Shown here piece after piece: positions 10,321-20,865 of a stretch of DNA of 64,000 bases; positions within the stretch are counted from its first letter, which is position 1; every line of letters starts with the position of its first letter. Position numbers and translations under genes: made by a program. Under the pieces are notes generated by a model. The model was not told the DNA's origin, did not search any database, and worked only from the letters and a program-made list of their open reading frames with translations. Source of the stretch: Vicugna vicugna. Its lineage: Eukaryota. The stretch lies in NCBI GenBank assembly GCA_013265495.1, contig MU062841.1, positions 16,760,337 through 16,824,336 on the forward strand. Reading direction: 5' to 3'.

Positions 10321-11385
10321 CAAGTGTCCCTCATCTACCCTGCTCAGTCCTTGGTAACCACTGAGGGTCTCCTCTGTACCAGGGAACTGCCCTCAGACAG
10401 CCCGAAGACAAGACGAGAAGAAGACAGATCACAGCCTCAGGAGTGAACTCAAGGCGGTGAAATGGCGCCTCTCACTCAGCCAGGCTGCGGAGCGCCCGGC
10501 GAAGGCTCCGCACTGAAAGGGGTGTGAGATCACAGGGTGGCTCGTGCCAGTCTTTGTCATGGGCTGGCCCTGCGAGCTGTGAAATGTGGCTCAGACCTTG
10601 AGCTCGGACTCCAGCTGGGCCCGAAGGGGGTCAGCGTCTCCCTGTGTCCGTGGGACTGGCGGGCTGGCAAGACCCTGGGCGAGCTGGCAGCGCTGGCGAG
10701 AGGGCGTGGGCGGGAGGTCTGGACGTAGGTGTTGAGAGCAGATGTGCCGGACCGTGTTGGGAGCAGCGGGAGCCCTCTGCCTGGACCGCGTCTGAACGCC
10801 GCGAAGTGAGGGCGGGGGCCGGGGCTGACGGAGCTCTTTCCACGGGGGTCCCAGCAATGCTGTTCGGGAGCGCAGGTGGCAGAGTGGCCCTCAGAGCGGA
10901 GGAGGCAGGCCGGGTCCTGGGGGGACTCCAGACCCCACGTGGCTGTCGGGGAGCAGGGGTGAGGGCAGGGAACCTTGCTGGGAGGCGGTGGATGTGATTC
11001 CCTGTGCGGACCTGGTGGGAGAGCTGACCCCTGGCGGTCGCGGACGACCCTCCCATCTGGGAGCAGGATGGACCTCTGCAGCACTCACAGGAGGCCTTCC
11101 TGGTGATTCCCCGAAGCACAGTTACTGGGAGGAGATGCCTTGGGGGTGGTTGTGGCAGACCCGTGCTGGATGGGCGGTGAGCACCAGGAGCCGGCTCAGT
11201 CTGAGTTAACACTGTTGAATGCTAGGGCCTTTGTGTACCAAGAACACTGAGGAAGCCGGGGAAATTGGGCGCCGTGAAGGGATCAGCGCATTTTGAGGGA
11301 CGAGAGTGGGGTTAGGAGTGGGTGAGGCCGTCTCTGGGGCTTGTTTGTGGGGTGTGAGTCTAAGGATGGCGGGGACAGCAGTCCG

Positions 11386-11678
11386 TTTTGTTGTTGATTT
11401 ACAACGTTGGGTTAGTTTCTGGTGTACAGCACGGCTATTCACGTATGTGTGTATTTATACACACACACACGTGTGTACCTATTCTTTTTCATCTTTTTCA
11501 CTACAGGTTGCTACAAGCCGTTGAACACAGTTCCCTGTGCTGCGCAGGAGGACCTTGCTTGTTCTGTGCATGGTAGTTTGTATCAGCCAGTCCCAAACTC
11601 CCAGTTTATCCCTCCCTCCCCCCTTCCCCCCGGTGACCATAAGTTTATTTTCTATGTCTGTGAGTCTCTGTCTGGGAA
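11386..11678 (-). mobile_element. 5'-truncated L1 3'UTR, same family as 7010-7509
   Basis: Aligns with 7055-7310; flanked by the direct repeat ACAGCAGTC(C/T)G at 11375-11385 and 11679-11689. Confidence 0.85.
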
Positions 11679-11735
11679 ACAGCAGTCTGAACCCAGTGGT
11701 TCCTAGAGAAACATTCTTTGGTTAATTAAGAATCT

Positions 11736-11791
11736 GAAAGTCCGTATGAAAGTAGGAGGCACTTGGTGGAAAGTCCGTATGAAAGTAGGAG
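11736..11791. repeat. 23-bp exact direct repeat, period 33
   Basis: GAAAGTCCGTATGAAAGTAGGAG at 11736-11758 and 11769-11791. Confidence 0.95.
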
Positions 11792-12379
11792 ACAGTGGGT
11801 GGGGCACATGGCAAGGCACTGGGAGAGGTTGAACCCTCCTGAGAAGGCCACCACGGGCCCCAGCCACCTGGAGATGAAGACTGGAGAACTAGGACAAGTG
11901 CTCAGGGACTTCCTAAGGAGATGGAGCCAACGCCCGCCGCGCCCACAGGCGTGCTGGTACTCGCTCCGGGTCAGTGTTCTGATGCCCAGGCTGCAAATCT
12001 GCGTCCACCTCAGGGCCTAGCGCTGTGCATAACCTTGTCATCTGCCCCAGACCCCCGCTCTCTCGTCTCAGGGGAGTCCTCCCCATCCTTGTGGGGCAGG
12101 TCTTGTGTGCCAAGGGGGCCACTCACCCAAGGAGACAGGAAGCAAACTGGGCTTTGGAGAAAAATTTCAGTGCCATCAGTGAGTCCATTTCCTTTCCGTT
12201 CTGCAGCTGGGAGCACACTGGCTGGTAGTCTCTCCCCCAAGTCCTGACAGAAGCTGGGGGATTGTGTGGCACTGCCGAGTTTGTTCGGAGCTGCCCAAAA
12301 GCTGCAGAGAAAACATTGTGATTGTAGCTTCCTCAGAAGTACAAAAATAAAGTAAAACAAAAGGTTGTGACAGAGACTC

Positions 12380-12800
12380 TAATGAGAATAAAATGCCAAT
12401 TAACTCAGAAGTATTGGACGAGAATCTGTTTCTCAGAAGAACCCCAGGTCGCACTTCATGGATCCGTTTCAATGTCCCCCAGAGCACCGACCGGCCACGC
12501 TGGGGAAGCCGCCCTCAGAACAATCGAGAACTCAGTGCCAGACCCACTACTTGTCACTTTAATTGGCACTCATTCCGTATGATGCTCACACGTTCACCGA
12601 ATGGGTTCAGTTTAATTCGGAGTGGGAATTTCTGTCTTTCTCCTATTGAAATATCTAATGGAGCAGGCTTTAACGCCGATAGCATTCCATCGCTCTCCCG
12701 TTTTGCTTTAAAGAACACAGAAGACCCCTCCAACCATGATGGATTTTGAAAATATTTTTTTTATCAGCTCTGTAATTACAAAGGCTGTTGAGCAATACCT
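12380..12800. promoter_or_regulatory. Candidate enhancer or conserved non-coding element
   Basis: AT-rich non-repeat island with inverted TGCCAATTAA (12394-12403) / TTAATTGGCA (12559-12568) and further TAATT words. Confidence 0.35.
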
Positions 12801-13129
12801 TTTCTTTCAGTGGGATGATGGGATAGGTGGCAAAAAAAAAAAAAACCAAAACAACCCATCTCCTTTGTTATCTATTCTGTAGTCCCCCAAGTCATATTAG
12901 CGAGCACAGATCTATCGGAAAGAAGCCGTCCTCAGAGTCGGGGTGGCGATCGGGAGGCCAGGTGCTCTCCTACCCCCTCCCCGCATCAGGCTGAGCTGAG
13001 CGTGGCTGGGGAGGCAGCATCTTTGCGGAAGAGAAGGATGCGACGCTCCAAGCCTTGGCTGGTCACAGGGAGGCAGGCGGGCTCTCCCCGCCCTGCGTGT
13101 GTTAGTGCTGACAGACAGAGCGCAAGGCA

Positions 13130-13330
13130 TCGCTCACCCCGAGGTGTTACATCCTGATACACTGACAGGCAATTATCTTCGGAGATAGTGTTAAAACACA
13201 ATAATTAATTGGAAGAGCAAGCAAAAGAGTGGTGGCCCCAGGCCCAGGCGGAATGGTATTCCTGCAGACGCTCTGTGAGGCGGTATTTTAGCCTCAGTGG
13301 GTCATTTGATTTCACGCCTCCCCCGTCCTG
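13130..13330. promoter_or_regulatory. Candidate enhancer module
   Basis: TGACAG 13163-13168, inverted GATA pair TTATCT-TCGG-AGATAG 13173-13188, TAATTAATTG 13202-13211. Confidence 0.35.
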
Positions 13331-13869
13331 AAACCCTCCCAGCGCTTTGTTTTTGAACAGCTTCAGCCTTGAACGTGTCTCAGCCGTCTTTAAAGACCAG
13401 CCTCCCACAGCAACCTTCCACAGTGGTGCCCGGCAGTCGAGAAAAATCGCCGCCGCAGCGGAGACGTCTCACATGGCCCCGCTTCTGCAACGGTCCGGGC
13501 CGACGGAGGTCTTTGCTTCAGGTGGAGGCTGACACGTGTCTGCTTAAAGGAAACATTCCCACCTCAGCCTGTTCGGTGGGAACAACAGGTTCCCACGCCG
13601 AAGCGTGGGCTGACCTCCCCGACCCCCGGCAGCGGGGGCAGGGCGCGTGGCTGTGTCCGGTTACTAACAAGCCTGGAGAAACGTGGACTTTTCCTTTGCT
13701 TGTCCTGCCATGGTGACATCCGTTGACCTGTATTTGATACTCTGCATAATGCGTGTGTGTCAGAGATCACACAGGTGACTGAGAAGGGGAGAGAGAACGA
13801 GGAAGGGAGAGGAGGATGGAGGGAGCCTTGCAGAGTTTAGCAAGAACCTAAGTGCATTCTAGGGGATTC

Positions 13870-14270
13870 CTCAGCTGCAGGGGGGCAGAAACCATCCGGA
13901 TTTGACTTAAAAGGGGAAAGGGGAGATGCTTGAGGACACAGGACATCTAACAGAATTCAAAGGGAAGCAGGCTTCCTGACCTCAGAGACAGGTCAGAGCA
14001 AGAAGCCCTTTGCTCTCCCTCCATCTCTTGCCCCCAAGAAGGGCTTAACTTCCCCCTTTGCCAGTCAAGCTGGACCCTCTTCCTCTGTGGCCCGCGTGGC
14101 GATGGACAGCCCCAAGGCCCAGGAGTGAGGCCACACGCTGAAGGTACAGCCACACGAAGAGGCTCACTCATGCTGCCTCGTGGCTCCAGCCCCCAAGCCC
14201 TGGACGGGGTTTGGATTCGTCCATCTGGAGTTGGTACCCCCCCTCGTCTAAGTGACCTCGCCTCCAAAAA
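13870..14270 (-). mobile_element. Old MaLR LTR fragment (MLT1K/L-like)
   Basis: gcagggggcagaaaccatccggatttgacttaaaagggg start and ggtttggattcgtccatctggag end resemble the antisense old MLT1 LTR; weak. Confidence 0.35.
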
Positions 14271-14956
14271 TTCTCTCAGAAGCTGGAGGGTCTGCTGATT
14301 CACGGGTGATTATATGGCACCACCAAATCTGTGCAGAGACGGTGTTATAATTGTGAAAATAAGAATAAAACAGAGCAGAAGGTTGTGGCGCACCCCGGAA
14401 GGTAAACCACGGTGAGCTCAGTGGTGCGTGTATGCTGGGGGCAGTTAGAGGGCAGATGCCCAGAAAGGTGTCCTGCGAAGAGAACAACTTATTTTTAACC
14501 TGAAGAAAACATTAGGGGAGATTTTGTGCTACTGTGCCGAGTTATCTAGAGGACGCTTAAGGAAAGGAAGTCAGAACTGCGTGGTTGTGGGCAGCCTGCC
14601 CTGGACTGTGGCCCTTCCCTCCGTTCTCCAGGAGAGGCGTTGGCGGCTCTCTAACACCCTGCCTCTCCTCTCCTGGACAGTCTACATGACCTGCCGGCCT
14701 GAACGGTGTGGGAGGCCTGGATTCTCCCGCCATTCTTCTATTGCTGTGAAGGAATGATCAAGTCAGGGTTGTAGAAGGCACAGCCCTCGGAGTTACGTGT
14801 GACGGAAACCAGCACAGACGGGCTTTTAAAAGGGGGGCTTGTCACGGAACACTGTCTCTGGGGAGTGCCCAGGAGGGCCAGGCAGGCATGGCAGTGTGGA
14901 CAGAGACCAAGGCTCTTGACGAGGGCTCTCCCTGCCCTTCCTGTCTCAGCTGATCA

Positions 14957-14970
14957 CTGCCATCTGGGGG
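14957..14970 (-). promoter_or_regulatory. Candidate CTCF core
   Basis: Reverse complement CCCCCAGATGGCAG matches CCASYAGRKGGCRS at 13/14. Confidence 0.3.
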
Positions 14971-15544
14971 CTCCGCTCATTGCCGCCGAGGCTGACCTTT
15001 CTCCCCGTGGTCGGGGAAGGTGACTGCTGGCAGCCTCAGCTTCGCACGCCCTGGCACCCTGACTCGGGCAGAAAGCAGCTCCAGCGGGCGAGTCCTTGCA
15101 AGGCCACGTGCGCATGCCTGCTGCCGGGGCCGCGTCTGCCCCGTGGAGTCGGAGAGTCCAGGGCACCTGGCTTTGGCACCTCCCGGACCACACGGTGCAG
15201 GAAGGGGGTGGGTCTCCCAAAGGCGGGGCTGTGAGCACACAAACAGGGCCCGACCTCCGTGGGCAGTCCCGTTGGCGGTCCCTGGACATCGGAGAGGCAC
15301 ATGCAGGGCCGGAAAGGGTGCTGAGAGCTCAGACGCGTGCGGGGTCGCCACACGGGTCTCTGATGGTGAAACTCCGAGGTTAACGCTGCCGTTGGCCTCA
15401 CGGGCTCTCTTCCCTGACCTCTCCTGAAAATGCCTTCCGTTCTTGTCGTGGGATCTGGTCTGTTAAGATGATGGAAAACAGAGAGGAGAGGGCTAGTAGG
15501 CAGCTCTGGGGAGGATGTCTCAGTGGAAAAGATTTTTTTGTTTG

Positions 15545-15750
15545 CTTATTTGTTTTTTTTTTTAATTCTTTGAGATAATATGGGTTCGCAGGCCATTGTA
15601 AGAAATACACGGAGAGATCTTTACACCCTTCACCCAGTTTCCCCAAGGGCAGCACCCTGTGCAGCTGCAGGACGCCGTCACCGCTGGGACACTGACACGG
15701 GCACAACCCATGGATTGTTCCGGTGTCACCGGTTTTACAGGCACTCACGT
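15545..15750 (-). mobile_element. Old L1M (L1MB/MC-like) 3' end, strongly GC-shifted
   Basis: T-rich start then tgtaagaaatacacggagagatc..acccttcacccagtttcccc is the typical antisense L1M end. Confidence 0.6.
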
Positions 15751-15929
15751 GAAGACTGGATTATAATCTGTGTACATTTTTCTCAGGAGTTCCTTTTCTG
15801 AGCTGGGCTCGATGCTGGTGCTTGTTATGAGAGCAAAAAGTTTCCTAAGTTTCGGCACCCAGATGCCTTCGTGTAACCCTCTGGGATCTGCTAAGATCAC
15901 ACCCTGAAGGGGGAGTGGAGACCTTCTCG

Positions 15930-16660
15930 ATGACGCAGTGTAAATAGGCTGTTCATCTCTGGGAATTACGGAAGTGCCGGCTGCCCCGCTGGCCCTGACG
16001 CGCGCGCACCTAGGAGGCACCGAGCCGCGAGGGCAGTATTTTCGCGCTCCGCAGTGGAGTGTGGAGTGCCTGGGGCGGGGGAGGCTGAAGCGCTGCTGGA
16101 GACGCCAGGCAGCCACAGACCGAGGCGCAGCTGAAGGGGACACACAGGGCTCTGCGGGAGGGTCGGCGGATGGGCGGGCCTTTGCCCTTGGCTGCGCGCG
16201 CGCGTGTGTGTGTGTTCATGTCCACTCGTGGCCTGTCTGTCCCAGGTTCCCGTGGGGCACACAGGTGAGCTTTATTCCTGCATCCTTCGCTTCCAGGAAA
16301 TGGTGGGCCAGCTGAGTGGCACTGTGTCTGCAGAGCACAGCTGATCTTGTCCCTGGACTTGGCTCGACTTGGCAGAAGGTAGGGTGGGCTGGAGAGAAAT
16401 CAGCCTGCTGCAGTTTTCATTGTCATGTTACAAAGTTTGCCAGATTTTACCTCCCTTCAGCGCTCTGGGGAGACCTTCAGGGCCTCCCGCATGGAACCTG
16501 CTGAGGCGCAGCCCGGGCAGCGGCCCCGAGACACTGCCCTGCGGCCGCAGACACACGACTGACGGGAGCTGCGGGGCTGCATCTGCCCGCGCCGCGGGGG
16601 CGGGGGTGCTCCAGCCCTGCTGCTCCTCCCGCCCACAGAAGTGAGGTCGTTCTGGGCGAG
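15930..16660. promoter_or_regulatory. CpG-rich promoter-like element
   Basis: TGACGCA 15931-15937, GTAAATA 15940-15946, CGGAAGTG 15969-15976, TTTTCGCGC 16039-16047, alternating tract 16193-16215, donor CAG|GTGAGC at 16264/16265. Confidence 0.45.
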
Positions 16661-16944
16661 AAGTGGGGTTGTCTGGACACCCGTCACACCCCTCCTGGTA
16701 GACGCCTCCACACCCGTCCCTGCACTTGAAACACAGCCAGAGCCCCCGTAGTGACCTGGCCTCGGCCTCTCGGGAGCTTCGAGGCTGGGATGAAGCCAGG
16801 TCACCCAGACCCGCTCAGGGGTGGGCTGTCTGTCACCCGCCTGCCTTGTGACAACAGCGGTGCTCCTCATCCCGCCGGCCTCCCCTCCTCGGAGCCCCCC
16901 AGGTGTGGGAACCAGCATTGACTGAGGCCACAGGCGACTGGGCC

Positions 16945-16965
16945 AGCGCTGCCCACGGTGCTGAG
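16945..16965 (-). promoter_or_regulatory. RE1/NRSE-like site
   Basis: Reverse complement CTCAGCACCGTGGGCAGCGCT vs consensus TTCAGCACCnnGGACAGCGCC. Confidence 0.45.
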
Positions 16966-17033
16966 AAACACGCCCAGCTGCTTTCAGAGCTACTCTCTCC
17001 CTTCTTTCTAATGAAAACCCTCGTGTAATCTGT

Positions 17034-17165
17034 NNNNNNNNNNNNNNNNNNNNNNNNNNNNNNNNNNNNNNNNNNNNNNNNNNNNNNNNNNNNNNNNNNN
17101 NNNNNNNNNNNNNNNNNNNNNNNNNNNNNNNNNNNNNNNNNNNNNNNNNNNNNNNNNNNNNNNNN
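17034..17165. other. Assembly gap
   Basis: 132 consecutive N. Confidence 1.
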
Positions 17166-17764
17166 TATCCGGCCGCCCTGAAAAAATGTATGAATAACAA
17201 TTTTCCTGTAATAACCTTCAACTAACCTTTCAGCCGGAGTGAGTCATTCCAGTCCCATTTTCACATCAAGAGGAGTCAAAGGCGGGCAGTTACCTCTTAT
17301 CTGTTTCAGGAGCTCCCCCACCTCTGCCGCACCCTTAGCTCTGACGGGGGCGTTGAAGGATGCTGTGGGGCCAGAGGAGGAGGTGGGAGGGCTTGGGAGG
17401 CGAGGGGCAGGCTCTGGAGTCCCGACGCTGAGTCTGGGCGAGGGGTCCCGAGCCTTCCCCTGTGGACGTGGGGGCCCGGCGGCCGTCCACCTCCCAGGGC
17501 CTCTGCATCTGGCTGGCGTCAGCCAGCAGTCTAGTTTTTTGCCCACTGAAGGCAGCCCTAATTCCTTCTCTTGCATAAGGGAAAAGTCTCCTCTGCCCAG
17601 AGATTTCCCCAAAGCCCTCCCACAAATGGCGACTTCAGATCAGCTTTAGCTCCTGGTGAGAGCTAAGGTCACCTTGCTGCTGACAGGACAGAGGACGGGA
17701 GAGGGTGGGGGCCCCGTGCACACCCAGGAGCCCCAGCCTCGCCTCCACCCCCAGGTCCCCACAG

Positions 17765-17975
17765 TGCAGAGATCTGGAAGGAACTGGGGATTTGGAGTCA
17801 GGCAAAATGGACTTGAAGACGTGGCTCCTCCAGCTGTGTGATCCTGAGTAAGTCCCGTCCCCTCTCTGAGCCTTGGGAGGACTTCGTGGGTAAAATGGGA
17901 ACAAGCATGCTTTGCGGGCTTGTTTTGAAGCTCAGATGGAACACCGATGCGGTTTGTCCGATGCCAAGCCCTGGG
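17765..17975 (+). mobile_element. MIR
   Basis: ggagtcagg..agctgtgtgatcctgagtaagt..ctctctgagcc..gtaaaatggga..gaagctcagatg. Confidence 0.7.
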
Positions 17976-18805
17976 CCTGACCCATTCCTCTCCTGGGGCC
18001 GAGGCCCCCCCACCCCCGGTCTCCCCATCCCTTCTTTCCATTCCCGAGTTCAGCTGCTGCCGAGTACCCGCCTGCCTTTCCCCAGGCTCCTTGGCGCTGA
18101 GGCAGGGCCCGATGCACTCATCCACACTCGGGCCTGAGAACGGCCGCTCCCGGGACTCAGCAGACCAGAGAGGGAGGGCACAGCACTCGCTCCGCAGGGG
18201 CCCGGCCCACGGGGTCCTGCAGAACCTGCTTGCCTTCGGCCCCCGGACCACGGTGCCTCTGGTTCTGCTTTCCCAGTTTGCCCCCTACCAGTCTCTGCTG
18301 CTTTTCTCTTTAGCCAAGTGAGAAGAACAAACCCAGGGTGTGAAAGGACTGCTCCAGGTCCTAGTTCAGAGGGTCAGAAGCAGACCCTGAGGGGACCCTG
18401 TGTCCCGACGCCCCTCCAGGTGCTCAGGTCATCCATGGCCGCATCATGCTCGTGGGGCAGCGGGGAACCTGGGTCTCCCTCAGACCACACCGTGCAGGCC
18501 AGGCTTTAGCGAGTTTCCTCTTTCGGGTCACAAAATGGTCAGACAGCTGGTCCTGAAGGCCTGACGGGTTCCTCAGTGGGGAACCTGTCCCACCCGGGGC
18601 AGTGACGCAGCCAGCACGGAGAGCCTCGGGAGCCTGCCTGGACGGCTGGGTCTGCGCAGAGAGGAGCTGGAGCGGGAGGGGGAGATGCTGAGCAGGTGAG
18701 AATGAGAAGACGGGTGAGCCAGGACTTAGCAGGATTTACCTGCCATCGGTTGTCAGACTGTCCGTCAGCAGCTTCCCACGCTCCTGGACACGGTCCCGAC
18801 TCTCA

Positions 18806-18828
18806 GGGGGTGGGGGTGGGGGCGGGGG
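18806..18828 (+). other. Strong potential G-quadruplex
   Basis: GGGGG-T-GGGGG-T-GGGGG-C-GGGGG. Confidence 0.75.
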
Positions 18829-20829
18829 CATGAGGGCCCTGTCCCACATCTGTCTCCCCACCTACTCCTGGACCCAATCTGAGACACCCCCCCACCCCCG
18901 CCACAGCCTGAATCCCGAACTCTTGCTTTGACTCTCCAGGAGCATCTCGCTCCTCCTGACCCCTCTTCCTCAGAAAGCTCCCTCAGTGGATCTTTGAGGA
19001 CCAGAAGGAGGCAGCCTGGACCCAGCCCTTCCTTCCTCTCCATTATCACCAGGCCTGGTGGATTCCCGTTCAGACTTTTCGTCTCCATCTCCCTCTGGTG
19101 TATTTGCCTGGCTCAGCGCAGGCCCACGCCGCCCCTGCAGAAGGATCTTCCTGAAGAACAGTACCCAAGGGCTAAAGGGCTGGGGCTGTAGGGGCTTGTT
19201 GTAAGTTTTCCATTTTTTCCTACCTTTTGGTAGTTTCCAAACTTTAAAAAATGATAGAATTTGAGAATCACCATTCTTAACATGCTCACCCTCTCACTTA
19301 AGATCTGACTGTCCGTTGAACACAGTTCTGGAGAACCTGCTGAGCGCAGGGCACCGGGAGGACCACACAGACGCCAGCCTTAGGATTGGTGGGTGTTGCT
19401 GTCGGTTTGTGAGTTCAAGGCTTCGGGAAGGCTTCTGCCGCTGCCAAAAGGACACCTCCCCACCTGCTAGCTGGGGCCCTGCCAGGGCTGGGCTCCTGAG
19501 CCAGCCCCCCAAGGAATCACCCCCGAGGCACGGGCTGCAGGTGACGTGGGCTCGCTGAGCAGCGTGAGGCTCTGGGTGCGGGGGGCGGTGCTTTGGGCTT
19601 TTCCACCGGACAGGAATGAAACAGCTTCCCCTTCTTCACACCGTAAAGCAGCCTGGCCTTCTGAGGTTCGCAGGTCTCAGCCGCGGAAGACGGAAGGACA
19701 GCAGACCTCAGCGGGACTGACTGCGAGCCCGGGTGGGGACTGGCAGTGACCGAAGACAGAGGTGATGTACTCAGCGGACACCTGGGAGCGCAGCAGGAGT
19801 GGTCCCGTCACGGCCCAGGGGACCCACCAGGCTTGTCTGGAGGCACGTGAGTAAGTGCCCGGGGCCCCCGGGGAACAGCAGGCCACGCAGACTCCCAGGG
19901 AGTGGCCGCGCGGTTTCACAGGGCAGGGCTCAGAGCCAGCGACACCCATGAGCACGGGAGCGCAGGCCCATTGTAACTCAGACGAGAGCCCACAGGCCAT
20001 TGGGCTGCATCACAGTGGCTGTTGGCACACCTGCCTCTCCCTGGAGCACCTCCTGGGGCGGGGACCCCGGCCGGCCCTGTCCTGTTTCCCCGCTGCCTTC
20101 CCAGCGCCCTGGCCCTGGCAGTGTTTATTGCAAATGTGGAGCCAGGAAGGTGGAGAAGGAGAGCCCTTCCCAAGGGCATGTGTGACTGGAGGGACAGGGA
20201 CAAGGAGCCCCAGGGCCTTTGAGCCATTTATGAAGGAGGGAGGAGTCCAAGATGGCAGCTGGAGGGGCCGAGAGCAAAGCTTGGGGGGTCATGATTTTAA
20301 AGGGTCACCCCTACTCGGGGCTGGACTTCTGTTGCGGGTCTTCACAGGCTCCCCGCAGGAAGGAGGCGGCCCCCAGGGAGGGCCTTTCCTCGGTCAGACT
20401 TCAGAAGCAGGTCCATCCTTGTCCGAAGCCTGCTCCCTTGGTCCGTCCCACCTCCGCTCCGGCGCACAGGAGAGCTCCCCAACCCCGTGCACTTGTCCTC
20501 AGCTTTGCTGATTTCTCCACTGACCATGGAACAGTCATGTCCCTTCACCTCCTCGGTCTCTGCCGCCCCTTTCTCTGCCCCACTCACACCTCCATGTTTG
20601 ACAGTTCTTCCAACTGCCCACTCTCAGAGCTTGACGGGGACACGTGATCCTTCTTCTGTGCGAATTAATAAACCCTGCTGGGCAGTTTCCCCTCCTGGAG
20701 AGCTTGCCTTGGAGCCTGGAGCGGAGTCTCCTGCTGGGAAAACGCAGCCCTGCTGGGGGAGGATGCTCTGGGCTTCGGCTGCCTGTTCGCTCAGATGTTT
20801 CCCATTTTGAGTGCATATGAAAGAGCAGA

Positions 20830-20830
<1 letters not shown>

Positions 20831-20864
<34 letters not shown>
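20831..20864. repeat. (TG)17 microsatellite
   Basis: Direct count. Confidence 0.95.

Positions 20865-20865
<1 letters not shown>

Noticed and set aside
11736-11791. CRISPR-like repeat-spacer-repeat
   Set aside because: Two copies, 10-bp spacer, eukaryotic context, no cas genes.
16457-17221. 254-aa ORF
   Set aside because: Open only because it crosses the N gap.
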